From a virus (lineage: Duplodnaviria > Heunggongvirae > Uroviricota > Caudoviricetes): a DNA stretch of 64,000 nucleotides. Positions 12,137-24,273 of the stretch are shown here, piece by piece (the stretch's first letter is position 1; the number at the start of each line of letters is the position of its first letter). The position numbers and the translations under genes are program-made. The DNA lies in IMG/VR virus record IMGVR_UViG_3300012979_000028, positions 85,985 to 149,984 of that record. One strand, written 5' to 3'. The notes under the pieces are model-generated. The model saw nothing but the letters and a program-made list of their open reading frames with translations, was not told where the DNA came from and did not search any database.

Positions 12137-15100
12137 CTAAATGTATCTCTATTACTCACCACTAATCTAGTTACTGTAGCTTTGTAGGAAATAAAACAAC
12201 CTAACCTAATAACTTTCTTTCCTTTCCTAAACTTTCTAATGTAGGATCTATGATATTTCTTGTATAACATTTTATTTATTTACTTTTACTAATTGTCCGT
12301 CACGATTAATTATAGTCGTCTGAACTGGAATATAAGTGTAAGCCCTAATTACCTTAGAGATTATATTAATATTAATAAAAAACTCATTTATAAAAGGTTC
12401 ACCAACGACCTCACATATCTCTTTTTTATTATTAATATAATTACTCATAAACCTAAATCCCTTCTTGAATTGACTAACGTATGATCTATGATATTTCTTG
12501 TATAACATTGTATTTCATTAATTTGCCATCAAATTCTATTAAAATCCAATAATCATTATAACCAATGTAAACTCTTCTTCCATATTTCATTATAGAAGGT
12601 TCAACAAAAACTTGATCAATAATTTCAAAATCACCTTCAAGTTTAACACCTATCTTAAACTTTCTAACGTAGGATCTATGATATTTCTTGTATAGCATTT
12701 ATATTATCAACTAATCGACCGGATGGCATTACTAGAGTCCAGGGACCGTATTTACTATCAATAATACGAATTGTTCCTCCAACATAATACGGCTCTATAG
12801 TAATTTTTCCTTTAACACCATTATTATACCTAACTTTAGCTCCTTTCTTGAATCGGCTAATAAAGTTCCTATGATATTTCTTGTATAACATCTTATTTCA
12901 ACATTTCGAGAGCATTTCTTTTACTAATCTACCAAGACTATTAACTATTACTCTTATGTGATATCCACCAAAAATATTCACAACCACTGATTTATGTTTA
13001 ATATAAGGATTTCCAGATGTCATATAAGATCCTGGGATAGAACATTTACTAAATCTATATCCACTCCTAAATTGCTTAACGTAGTTTCTATGATATTTTT
13101 TATACAACATCTTCTATAAATTTTACCTTCTTATATACAATAATACCCAATGAGCTTATTAAATTCCAATTCAACTGTCGTTTCGTACTACATATTATAG
13201 ATGATACGAATATGCAACTTTTAAAAATGCAAGGATCTTTAAGAACTTCATAAGTATTATTATAACTTTCCAATTTAAATCTAACTCCAACCTTAAATTT
13301 CTTGACAAAGTCTTTATGATACTTCTTATACAGCATCTTCTATAAATTTTAATCTATCCTTGCCTAGTCTACCATCTGGAAAAACTATAGTCCAATGTTC
13401 TGGAAAATTATCAATATCACCATTCTGAATTACCATAGCATCTACATGTATAACATAACGGTAATTCATTATAAAAGGTTCAACTTCAACCTCCTTAAAC
13501 CCATCAAAGCCCTCATGTCTAAACTTAACTCCCTTCTTAAATTTCTTGACAAAGTCTCTATGATATTTTTTGTATAGCATATTATTTTTACATCATATCA
13601 CGATTAATAGATCCATTCGAGAATACTAGAAGTGCACGAATACCACTATCAGTCATCACACTAATATTACTTAGAGTATAGTTAGAATTAGGTTCTCCAA
13701 TTGTGTACGATGACCTTCCACTACTCCACCAAAACTTAGTTCCTTTCTTAAACTGTCTAACGAATTTCCTATGATATTTCTTATATAGCATATTAATCAT
13801 CTATATCCTCTCATTCAAGTTATCTACATCAAATAGTAACTTACCTTTATAATCTATTAAGTATATATTGGAATATCTATTAGTAATAAGCTCATGGCAG
13901 GAGGCAACTACGTATGATGTAAAATTAACTTCTGGCTCAGTAGAAATTCGACCCATGTATATACCTTTACCTTGACCAATTTGCTTCTTGATTACAGTTC
14001 CCTTCTTAAACTGCCTAATATATTCTCTATGATATTTCTTGTACAACATATAGATTCTTATTAATTTCACCTCTCGAATATACTAGATCCCAACAGCTAT
14101 ATTTACTATCTTTCATAAAAATAAATCCATTGCATATATAAGGCTCTTTCCTGACTGTTTCTACTGAACATCTATTCCACTTAAACTTAGCTCCTTTCTT
14201 GAATCGGCTAACGTAATTTCTGTGATATTTCTTATACAACATGGATATCACCAATTAATTGACCCTCCGATGATACTAGAGCCAAATTATGATGTTCACT
14301 ATCAATCAAGCGGATATTTCTTCTCCAAAAAGCTTTATCATAATATGGTTCAACAACAACCTCAACAACCATTTCTTCATGATTGTAAAAACTAAACTTA
14401 AACTTAACTCCTTTCTTAAGTTGTTTAATGTAATTCCTATGATATTTTTTGTATAATATATAGGTACTTATTAATTTTACCGTTCGGATATAATAGATTC
14501 CAAATTCCTTCATTATTAGTCATTCGGATTACCGAGACAAAAGCATCATAATAAGGATCTCTTTCAACTGTATATCTTGATCTTGAATATCTAATACCAT
14601 CTCCATAAGCAAACTTAACACCTTTCTTAAATTGCTTGATAAAATTCCTATGATATTTCTTGTACAGCATTTTATAATTTCTACTTCAACTAATTGACCG
14701 CTTGGAAATATTAGAAATAAGTCATTTTTACTACCAGTTATGCGAATATTTCTTCTCCAAGACCTTCCATCATAATACGGTTCTCTTTCAACTACATCTT
14801 TATAATCCTTATTATAAGTTTTATAGCTAAATTCAACACCTTTCTTAAATTGGCTAACAAAGTTTCTATGATATTTCTTGTACAACATGTAGATTCTCAT
14901 TAATTTGACCTCCTTGATATACTAGGTTCCAATAGCCCTTACCACTAATCATGCGAATTGCCTTAAGAATTCCATCATAATATGGTTCTGTTTCAACTAT
15001 ATATCTGTATATTCCCGTCGTACCAAACACAGCTCTAAACTTAAATTGCTTGACAAAGTTTCTATGATATTTCTTGTATAACATATAGATTATTATTTAA

Positions 15101-17734
15101 TTGACCATCTGGATATAATAGATTCCCTTATAAAGTTTTTAAGAATTTTACCTTCTGAATGCACTAAAAACCACACACCGCCTCCATTATCCTTTATATA
15201 AATAGAATTTCTACCTATTATTAGTTTTGCATTTGTAAATTCTCTAAAACGTGCAAATACCTTACTAACATTTCTAACAAAATTCCTATGATATTTCTTG
15301 TATAACATTTATAAGGTTTTTAAAAGTTGTACCATCAAAAAGCACTATTATCTGATCTACTACTTGACTTGGACGTTCCTGAGAGTAGACGAAGCAGTGT
15401 ATATTTCCACATTCAATATGAGGTTCTTTATCAACTACACATTTATAAACTTTAGTTTCTGAACCTTTTATTATATACTCAACTATAACACCTTTCTTAA
15501 ATCGCTTTACGTAATTCCTATGATATTTTTTGTATAACATGTAGGTACTTATTAATTTTACCTCCCGGAAATACTAAATCACATATACACCTTCTATTAT
15601 CCTCTATGCAAATAAAACCTCCACTCGCTAAAAAACCTCTTACAACTTTTCTAAGACACACATCACCTATAGCCTTAAACTCAGTTCCTTTCCTAAACTG
15701 CCTAATGAAGCTCCTATGATATTTTTTATACAACATATATAGTCTTATTAATTTTACCTTCCGGATATACTAGGGTCCAACTATTGTACGTTGTTTTACT
15801 AGTTATATAAATACTTCTATCAATAGGAGAAATCACTATCTCATCTACAATACTCTCCGAATAATGATCCTCGTAACAAAGCTCTCCATTAACTTTCTCA
15901 ACCACACCATCAGCTACCTTAATTAATGAATAAAGAGTGTATTTAAACTTAGCACCTTCTTTAAATTGGCTAACGAAGTTTCTGTGGTATTTTTTGTATA
16001 ACATCTTCTACTAGTTCAATTCTATGATTAATTTTACCATCTGAAGATACTAGAGCCCACCTAATCCAACCACCAGGTTCATCAATAGTAGTATCAACAG
16101 TTATGTAAGATCTCCCAGTCACTAAATTCAACCTAGGAAAAGGTCTTGTAGTAACGGTTTGAATATCACTATCTTTTCTCAATTTAGCACCTTTCTTAAA
16201 TTGACTAACGTAGTTCCTGTGATACTTCTTATACAGCATTTTCTTCTATTATTTTTATACTTCGTTCAATCCTACCTCCTGGAAATACTAGAGTCCAACC
16301 AAATTTTTTACCTGTCATGTTAATACCTCTATTATAAAAAGGTTCTTTCCTAACTATATCCTTATAAATTTCACCACTATAAGCTTTAAAACCATACCTA
16401 GTTCCCATTTTAAACTGCTTTACAAAATTTCTATGATATTTTTTATATAACATCTTTTTCTATTTTGATATTATAATTAATCTTACCATCTAAGAATATT
16501 AAGACCCAGCTACCAGACCTGCAAACCCCACTATAAACATAAGGCTCTATCACAACTTTCTCCCTATAATAAGCTTTAAACCAAAACTCAGTTCCTTTCC
16601 TAAACTGACTAATATAGTTCCTGTGATATTTCTTATATAACATGTATAGACTTCTTTCTAACTCTACCATCTGAGGATACTAGAATCCAACGACCAGTAC
16701 GTTTACCAGCCACATAAATTCCTCCATAGTAAGGCCTTATTTCAACTTCATCAACATCAACTACATCTCTATCAAACATTTTATCTGGAGAAGTCGTCGG
16801 ACAACCAAATTCAACACCTCTCTTAAACTGTCTAACGTAGGATCTATGATATTTTTTATATAACATATATAGACTTCTTTTTAATTATACCATTCGAAAA
16901 TACTAGAATCCAACTGCCATGTCTACGTTTATCAACCACATAAATCCCGCGAGGCTCTATTTTAATTTTATCAACTACACCTCTTTCATATATTTTATCA
17001 GGTGAAAGAGAAGGACGATCAAATTCAACGCCTTTCTTAAATTGGCTGACGTAGGATCTGTGATATTTTTTATATAACATCTTTTTCTATTTTAATCTTA
17101 CAATTAGTAGTTCCATTTGAAAATACTAGAATCAAATCATAATTAATTCCAGTTATGCGGATATTTCCATAACCTATATAAGTATAAGGCTCTTTATTGA
17201 CTACATCCCTATGAGTTTCATAACTAAACTCAGTTCCTTTCTTAAACTGCCTAATATATTCTCTATGATATTTTTTATATAGCATTATATTACTTTTATA
17301 TTTCGTTCAATCCTACCAATTGAATATACTAGAATCCATCTATATTTATCACCATTTACATGAATCTCATGAAAATCAACTTTAAAATAAGGCTCTACTT
17401 CAACTACCTCTGCTGAATACTCTTTATACCTAAACTTAACGCCTTTCTTAAACTGACTAACGTAGGATCTGTGATATTTTTTATATAACATCCTTTTTTA
17501 TTTTAATCTTATAATCAATTCTACCTTCTGGGAATACTAAAGTCCATTTACTGAATTTACCAATCACTTGAATCTCAACTTCATAATGATTTGTAAAAAC
17601 ATCAATAATACTAGGCTCTATTACAACTATATCCCTACAAATTCCTTTATACTCAAACTTAATTCCGGATCTAAATTGCTTGACATAATTTCTATGATAT
17701 TTCTTGTACAACATATTTTCTATAAACTTTCATC

Positions 17735-17744
17735 CATATATAAG
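17735..17744 (-). promoter_or_regulatory. putative phage promoter at the head of the array (CTTATATATG)
   Basis: The same CTTATA core recurs just upstream of many genes or units (about 4072, 20258, 20944, 23551, 29044, 29149, 29696, 54771, 61969, 62099, 62192; plus strand 58790). Confidence 0.6.
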
Positions 17745-17809
17745 TGATTATTGGGACTAAAAAAAGAAGAGAGAAGGCATTAACCAACTCTCTTTCTTGT
17801 TATCTCTCC

Positions 17810-18829
17810 TTAATCTTTATACATAGAAGAGTCTAGTCGTGAGATAAAATTATTATAATATTGTTCTGAAATTCCTGAGATATTATACTTCTTACAGAAC
17901 TCCATAAACTCTGAACTTGTTCCTATATGACCTATTGTACCATACTTATTAACTACGATATCTCTAACTTCATTGAATCTAGGGAACTTACTAACATCGA
18001 ACGTAGACATCTGAGTTTTATACATATCCAGATTTTCTACATCACTATAATCGCCACCTAAGATTCTAAGAATAGCTTGAGTTGAATCAGTACCAGTCTT
18101 CTTTGATACTCCTAACATGTTATGACCAAAACCAAGAGCATCAGTCATACAATGGTAATCATACAGACTAACTCCCTTAGCTTTAATCTCATCAGGTATA
18201 GTTAAGTACATCTGATCATAGGTTATTATCTCTGGATTACTACCTTTCTTTGGTAATGAGAAATAATCCATCTTTGGGCTTAGGTTATATTTCCAATCTG
18301 AATCTTTTGTAACTAGAATACTTGGTTTGTCTTCAGGGTTATAAAGAAATCCGGTAGAAGCCCAACTTAGATCATCAGCTTCCCAACCCTCAACTAAGAT
18401 AGATGGAACTCCGAAATATCCTAAGTCATTAATAATAGCATACTTAGCTTTATACTTTACGCTATTCATGTAAGCTTCATCTTTTACTTTTTCTATTTCT
18501 TCTTCAGTGTGTGTTCCTTCAGCTATAAAATCCTCTACTTTCTTATCATCCCAGTAAACTCTATCACCTTTATATTCAGTGAAATCTTTAACCAAGTAAG
18601 TTCTATAATATCCACCAAAGTCTTTACTCCATTTATCTCCAATCAGAATAGTTTTATCAGCACATATTCCATAATCTTTTCCGAGTTTTGCTAAGGTTTG
18701 AATTACAGACTTTATCAGATCAGCTTCAGTATATTCTCCTCTCTTCTTACCAGCACTTACAGCAAATGTATTTCTAGAAAGGATATATGAGAAATCTATT
18801 AATGCGTACTTATATTTATTACAGATCAT
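17810..18829 (-). CDS. 5'-3' exonuclease / flap endonuclease (T4 RNase H, Pol I N-terminal type)
   Basis: Motifs LIDFS, YKGDR, EADD, TKDSD. Confidence 0.85.
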   Translation of the reverse strand: MICNKYKYALIDFSYILSRNTFAVSAGKKRGEYTEADLIKSVIQTLAKLGKDYGICADKTILIGDKWSKDFGGYYRTYLVKDFTEYKGDRVYWDDKKVEDFIAEGTHTEEEIEKVKDEAYMNSVKYKAKYAIINDLGYFGVPSILVEGWEADDLSWASTGFLYNPEDKPSILVTKDSDWKYNLSPKMDYFSLPKKGSNPEIITYDQMYLTIPDEIKAKGVSLYDYHCMTDALGFGHNMLGVSKKTGTDSTQAILRILGGDYSDVENLDMYKTQMSTFDVSKFPRFNEVRDIVVNKYGTIGHIGTSSEFMEFCKKYNISGISEQYYNNFISRLDSSMYKD

Positions 18830-18902
18830 TATTTAAAACTAAAATAAAAGAGCTTGAAGAGTTTTTTATCCTCCCCAAGACTCTTGATTATTATAAACTT
18901 TA

Positions 18903-20189
18903 CTAGAATGGAAGATTTCCGTTGTTTCCTCCAGCCGCTGTTGTAGTATTTCCAGCATTACCAAAATTTGCAAAACTTGGTGCACTGAAAGGCGCTGACT
19001 GCTGAACTCCAGGGTTATTATTATTTACTGGAGCACCTGTAATTGGAGACGCCTGAAATACTGGAGGAGTCTGGAAAGGTGCTGTATTATTATTCTGGAC
19101 ATTAACTACATTTGGCTGAGCTGCTGTCGGTGCATTATTCTGAAGCATTGGATCATTTGTTGTAACTGGCTCTGCTATAGTACTATTAACAGCATTATTT
19201 GTATCCTGAATAGCCTGTGCAATAGCTGCATTTACGTCCATTCCATTACTTGCTGCTTTTGCTGTACGAATCGCTGCTAGTCTATGAGACATAAACTCCA
19301 TGACCTCCTTCATTAGTGGTGCATTAAACAGTCTTCTATACTCTGGACGCTCACCTTCTTCTTCACGTCTAGCCTGCCAACCTAGGAATGTAGCTAGAGG
19401 ATCCTGCATCAACTCCATATCCTCTTCTGGAATAACAATATCCTTAACTCCAATATTAGATCCGATATAGTGACTAATCTTAACATCAAATCCAGCTCCT
19501 GAAGATGCCTTACCGATTGTCATCATAATACATCCACCACGATTTGTAAGATCTCTGTTATAGATATCCTTTAGCCACTGATCATCTCCACCTCTCTCAA
19601 AAATTTTATCCTTAATGTCTGCATCTACATTAGTAATAAAACCTTTTGCTGTAGAGATAAACAAACCAGCAAACTTCTCACGATCTGGATTTCGACCTGT
19701 ATTTCCCTCACTCCATCTCTGTGCACAATAGCCGTTAAAGATAGTGTAGTTACGGCGGCGAATAAGATCTCTGCAAATGTCCTGGTTGTTCTTTGCATCT
19801 AGCTCTTTATACAACTCCTCAAATACCATTCTAGTCTGATGTAGGAGTTGCTCTTCCTCGTTCGTAAGTGAAGATACAATTCGTCCAGTCTGATCTCTCA
19901 TAATGAAACCCTCCTTTGGAAGAATCTTCACCCAAGTTGCTCTCTCCTCCTCTGTACCATCTGCATTCTTGTACTTTCTAGGAATTGAGACCTCTAGAGT
20001 ATTAAACAAAGTTACATAAGGATGATTGGTTACTACACTATCAACAGGCAAAATCTGATATCTACCAAAATTACCGTTAAAGTTTAGAGCAACCTTCTCC
20101 AACTTCTTCTCATTTGACTTCTGAGCACGTTTCATCAAAGGTAACTGCTGCTCCTTTAGTCTTGCCATGAATTCTTCTACTTTGTTCAT
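18903..20189 (-). CDS. probable single-stranded DNA-binding protein
   Basis: Low-complexity N/Q/P/A-rich tail ending in NLPF, next to the flap nuclease; inferred from tail and context only. Confidence 0.5.
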   Translation of the reverse strand: MNKVEEFMARLKEQQLPLMKRAQKSNEKKLEKVALNFNGNFGRYQILPVDSVVTNHPYVTLFNTLEVSIPRKYKNADGTEEERATWVKILPKEGFIMRDQTGRIVSSLTNEEEQLLHQTRMVFEELYKELDAKNNQDICRDLIRRRNYTIFNGYCAQRWSEGNTGRNPDREKFAGLFISTAKGFITNVDADIKDKIFERGGDDQWLKDIYNRDLTNRGGCIMMTIGKASSGAGFDVKISHYIGSNIGVKDIVIPEEDMELMQDPLATFLGWQARREEEGERPEYRRLFNAPLMKEVMEFMSHRLAAIRTAKAASNGMDVNAAIAQAIQDTNNAVNSTIAEPVTTNDPMLQNNAPTAAQPNVVNVQNNNTAPFQTPPVFQASPITGAPVNNNNPGVQQSAPFSAPSFANFGNAGNTTTAAGGNNGNLPF

Positions 20190-20380
20190 AAAAATAATAA
20201 TTTAAAAAATTAATTAATTAAATAGGTTTTATAAAAGTTTTTTATTTATTTATCATCAAGTATAAGAAACTTCCTGCTTCTCAACTTCCTTTTTTATTTT
20301 TTTTTTCAATTAATACAGAGTCCAGGTGTAAAAAAAAAATAAAGCCTAATCTACTATAGACTAAGCTTTAAATGATCTTA

Positions 20381-20947
20381 CTATTTCTTTCTTCTCAATT
20401 CATCTTTAATCTGTGTAATAAGATCTGTGGCCTTTCTTAGATCATCTTTCCCTATCGACTCTCGCTTCATAGATTCAAGAGCTATAGATAAATAATTTAC
20501 AGCTCTCATAGACGTATCTTTCAGCATGTCCATTCCGATAGAAGATCTCTGAAACTCCTTAACACTCCCCGGCAAAACATCATAATCTATACCAAGCTCC
20601 TTCTTATAGATTGAATTAACTACTGGAATAAAACTTGGAATAGAGACTAATGATACCAACCTCTTTGCTACTCTAGTTAGGTCTGTACTTGGATCAATAC
20701 TAACACAACAGCCCTTCTTAGAATCATAACTAAAACTCCACTTAATATACACCAAGTGGTTTTGTAAGGTGTTCTGCCATCTTAGTAGTGTTTCAGTTCC
20801 TACATGCTTTAAGTTGAACCACTTCTTTAATTCACTGTAAGATATCTTTCCCTTGAAATCAGTCTTCTCAAGTTCCGATAAGATAACGACAGCTCTGTTT
20901 AAAGTTATATTACCACTTCTTGCCATAATTATAAGTTTTTTTTTCAC
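20381..20947 (-). CDS. hypothetical protein (true start probably the Met at 20923)
   Basis: ORF; the promoter-like motif at 20944-20956 overlaps the annotated start; hairpin terminator at 20340-20370. Confidence 0.65.
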   Translation of the reverse strand: MKKKLIIMARSGNITLNRAVVILSELEKTDFKGKISYSELKKWFNLKHVGTETLLRWQNTLQNHLVYIKWSFSYDSKKGCCVSIDPSTDLTRVAKRLVSLVSIPSFIPVVNSIYKKELGIDYDVLPGSVKEFQRSSIGMDMLKDTSMRAVNYLSIALESMKRESIGKDDLRKATDLITQIKDELRRKK

Positions 20948-20975
20948 TTATAAGAAATTCTGGCGTTCTAGGGAG

Positions 20976-21182
20976 TTACCATCTTCCTCGGTATGTCTTG
21001 AAAATAGTACCATCACCTTTTACAATATAGCATAAGAAGTGAGTTAGTAAAAGTACCCTGAGTATAAACATGTTTCTACCCGGCATAAATAATTCTAACT
21101 CTACTTTATATGCAGCTCTATCCACTATACTACCCTCTACTAAACCTGATAAAACTAGTCTAGCCGTCTTCTTACACAACAT
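20976..21182 (-). CDS. divergent orphan relative of the MLYKKYHR family
   Basis: MLCKKTARLVLSGLVEG keeps M1, L2, K4, K5, R8 and G17; the C-terminal YIVKGDGTI matches the family motif; 68 aa. Confidence 0.55.
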   Translation of the reverse strand: MLCKKTARLVLSGLVEGSIVDRAAYKVELELFMPGRNMFILRVLLLTHFLCYIVKGDGTIFKTYRGRW

Positions 21183-21505
21183 TACTCTGGTTTGTATAAT
21201 ATCTCAAATTGTCTAGGTCTAAGGGAAAATATCTTATCTCTATCATACTTACTTACATCCCCGAGACAAATCCAATCCGAGTCACTACTAACTTTAACTA
21301 TAGGCAGAAGATCAGGGGTAATATATTCGTAAGACCCATCATCATACTTTCTCGTAGATAACACATAAACACCATCATCCTCTATTCTCTCTACCTTCGA
21401 TTTATCTGATAACCATGTTGGAGGTGTAGTATTATCTATCTTTCTCCAACACTTAATTCTCTTTGGATATGCTGGATTCTCTCCTCTCTGAACAAATATT
21501 TTCAT
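21182..21505 (-). CDS. hypothetical protein
   Basis: ORF overlapping both neighbours in the operon. Confidence 0.7.
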   Translation of the reverse strand: MKIFVQRGENPAYPKRIKCWRKIDNTTPPTWLSDKSKVERIEDDGVYVLSTRKYDDGSYEYITPDLLPIVKVSSDSDWICLGDVSKYDRDKIFSLRPRQFEILYKPE

Positions 21506-22251
21506 ACAGCTCCTAAATTTAAAAACTCTATACTATCATTATGCACCTTCTCCTTAGTCTGGCGAAGAATAGATGCAAATAACTTATCAATCTCAGTACC
21601 ATTAAAAGTATCTAAGTATCCTGGGTGTTGAGATAGAAACCTAATAAACATCTCTACACTATTCCTTCTAAAAAACTGTACCCTAGAGATTGTTTTCCAT
21701 GATGTATACATATTCTTACAATCCTCGGCTAGCTCTTTATCCTTCCTCCAGAACATCAACTTCTCTAGGTAATAATTCTTCTTACTACTATTATCCTCCT
21801 CCTTGTAATATCCATAGATCTCTTCACTCTTCAATCTCTCTATCTTTAAAAACGGCCTAAGTACAGCAGATCTATTTAGTTTCATTGCATTCTCTCCCGC
21901 TAACTTAAATTCCTCCTCACTAAGACCTACTAAATCCGACAACCTGAATAATAAGAATGAATAGTGCTTCTCAAAAATCTCTAATGAATATTCAAAACTC
22001 TTTACAACCATCCTTAGTAAGTCATCATTAAACCTACACTTTATAAAACAATTTCCGTCGTATAATGATGTAAACTTACGAACATTTATACCAGAACTGG
22101 ATGGAAATATAAAACACGTATCTGAAAACTCTCCAAGCCTGTCTAAGTATAAGTGAGCAGTAGTTGATAACGGATACTCTAAGTCCATTACAATAACCGA
22201 AATAATAGTCTTTTCCGGTTGTTTTAATACATAAATCTCATTACTCTCCAT
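21502..22251 (-). CDS. hypothetical protein (249 aa)
   Basis: ORF in the operon downstream of nrdG. Confidence 0.75.
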   Translation of the reverse strand: MESNEIYVLKQPEKTIISVIVMDLEYPLSTTAHLYLDRLGEFSDTCFIFPSSSGINVRKFTSLYDGNCFIKCRFNDDLLRMVVKSFEYSLEIFEKHYSFLLFRLSDLVGLSEEEFKLAGENAMKLNRSAVLRPFLKIERLKSEEIYGYYKEEDNSSKKNYYLEKLMFWRKDKELAEDCKNMYTSWKTISRVQFFRRNSVEMFIRFLSQHPGYLDTFNGTEIDKLFASILRQTKEKVHNDSIEFLNLGAV

Positions 22252-22756
22252 ATAGTATAATTTTATTCTCTCTTAATGACTTCTTAACATCTATAACTCT
22301 CTGATTCTCACTACCTACCCATGGCTTACTAGGTGACTTGAGACTAGAGATAAACGGACCATCACAAAGAACATCTATAAACTTAAGACATTCCTCCCGA
22401 TATCCCCCTGACTTCATAATATTCTCCCATGTGTATCCAGTATAAATCCAGATAGTCTTAGTTTCTCCAAATCTCTCCTTAAACCTCTTACATAAATCTA
22501 GAATTCCCTCTACGTTCGGCTCTGATAAACAATCTCCTCCAGTTAGTGTAATTCCAGAAATATACTCAGGCTCTGCTTCCTTAATTAATTCTTCAAAATC
22601 AGCCTCCGTCCATGGTCTAGAATTCTCAGGCTCTAATTCCCAAGTCTCCTTATTAAAACACTCTAGACAATGATGCGGACAATAACTGAAAAAATAAACA
22701 TTTCTCAAACCAACTCCATTTAGTAAGTCAGCTTTGTAAATTTGAATTATTCTCAT
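22241..22756 (-). CDS. nrdG: anaerobic ribonucleotide reductase activating enzyme (radical SAM)
   Basis: NGVGLR, CPHHCLECFN (CxxxCxxC), GITLTGGD, IWIYTGY, DVLCDGPF, GSENQRVID. Confidence 0.95.
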   Translation of the reverse strand: MRIIQIYKADLLNGVGLRNVYFFSYCPHHCLECFNKETWELEPENSRPWTEADFEELIKEAEPEYISGITLTGGDCLSEPNVEGILDLCKRFKERFGETKTIWIYTGYTWENIMKSGGYREECLKFIDVLCDGPFISSLKSPSKPWVGSENQRVIDVKKSLRENKIILYGE

Positions 22757-22763
22757 TTTATTA

Positions 22764-23543
22764 TTATATATTTACTACTTCCACTGATATTGGCTTAACA
22801 TAACACGTACTTCCATTCCACCTCAACCAATTCTCTCGTACTATCGATAAATTCTCTGCTATATATGACTCTAAGATCTTGGCTAACTTTATAGAAACTG
22901 ATTTATCACCTCTATTAAAATTCACAGATACCGTCATTACTAGGTCCCTGTTATAGTATTTATCTGCACTGAAGCTTATATCCTCAATTAAAAAATAAAC
23001 TCCTCCTAATATGCCTAACTGACTCTTTATGACCTTGAGAACTAATATCTTTACTATCGGATTTACTATAACTCTGTCAGGCGTAAACGAAGAAAATACA
23101 TCACGCCATTCTCTGTTATAATTTTTCCAGTCTTCCCCTAGAGTCTCCTTATCTACTATAAAATGACAGTCAAGATTAGAAAAGAACTCAAAAAACATAA
23201 TAGACCTATGACTCGGATTGAAGATAAAACCTGGCTTACCAATAATTAACCTAATCTCATCACTACTTAAATCATCATAGGGAATCTCAAAGTCTATCCT
23301 GCCATATTTTCCAGCATACCCGACAATACTACATCTACATAACTTTCGCTTATTACTCTCTATCCCAATTCCATTCCACTTCGAAATAATCAACTTGTCT
23401 CCTCGTCTTAGAAATGTAGGCTTAAATAACTCATTACATAACTCTAATTTCTCATCCAACTCTTTCTTCTCTAAGTATTGGTAAAAAATAATTGAAATAA
23501 TAAAAGTACACAAAAAACTCAAAATAAACATCACTTCTCTCAA
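22764..23543 (-). CDS. hypothetical membrane-anchored protein
   Basis: N-terminal hydrophobic helix (FILSFLCTFIISIIFY). Confidence 0.7.
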   Translation of the reverse strand: MREVMFILSFLCTFIISIIFYQYLEKKELDEKLELCNELFKPTFLRRGDKLIISKWNGIGIESNKRKLCRCSIVGYAGKYGRIDFEIPYDDLSSDEIRLIIGKPGFIFNPSHRSIMFFEFFSNLDCHFIVDKETLGEDWKNYNREWRDVFSSFTPDRVIVNPIVKILVLKVIKSQLGILGGVYFLIEDISFSADKYYNRDLVMTVSVNFNRGDKSVSIKLAKILESYIAENLSIVRENWLRWNGSTCYVKPISVEVVNI

Positions 23544-23645
23544 TTATTCATTCACTTATAAGATAACTTAGTCAATGAATCAGAGTTTTTCACTTTAACA
23601 AAAAAAAATAATAGAGAAGGATATAATCTCCCTCTCCCCTAATTT

Positions 23646-23915
23646 TCATAATAGCTTTCTCCAGGCCTTTATGATACAATACTTTATAAATCTCTGTAGC
23701 GTAATCTGTTTTCCCCAACCACTACACTTAACTTCTCTATCTTTTCTAACTTCATGACACTTCGGATTAATACTCTCTCCATCTCCGGTTACAGGGTCCT
23801 CATTCTTCTTCACAAACTCTGGACACTTACATTTCCACTTATAACTCCAACCTAGATCTCCTCCATATTCATCCTTATTACACCACTTACAATTCTTACA
23901 ATAATTTCTTTCCAT
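23646..23915 (-). CDS. Cys-rich small protein, paralog of 23896..24273
   Basis: NYCKNCKWC...GWSY..C..P...C..VR...C pattern shared with its neighbour. Confidence 0.7.
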   Translation of the reverse strand: MERNYCKNCKWCNKDEYGGDLGWSYKWKCKCPEFVKKNEDPVTGDGESINPKCHEVRKDREVKCSGWGKQITLQRFIKYCIIKAWRKLL

Positions 23916-24273
23916 ATCTAATTAATTTTAAAAATACTAACTTCCAAAATCTCCCTAACGTAAGCTTCTTTCTATATAAAGGGCAAACTCGATAATCCTT
24001 ACTGCTGTCCTCATATTTCTCAGTCAACTCGTCTACCCAATTTCCTCCCTTTATGTTATTCCTAACTCCACTCTTAAACTCTTTCCAAAACTCGGGCAAT
24101 CTATTCGCATCTAACCCTCTGACGGCTCCGCAAGGGACATACTCTACTCTGCCATCTATGAAATTATGTAACGTTGCCTTAGGATTTGTACAATAATAAC
24201 TCCAACCTGTAATTTCCTGCTTGTGATGACTACAGAACTTACAATCTTTACAAAAATTTACTCTCTTTCCCAT
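23896..24273 (-). CDS. Cys-rich small protein, paralog of 23646..23915
   Basis: NFCKDCKFC...GWSYYC..P...C..VR...C. Confidence 0.7.
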   Translation of the reverse strand: MGKRVNFCKDCKFCSHHKQEITGWSYYCTNPKATLHNFIDGRVEYVPCGAVRGLDANRLPEFWKEFKSGVRNNIKGGNWVDELTEKYEDSSKDYRVCPLYRKKLTLGRFWKLVFLKLIRYGKKLL

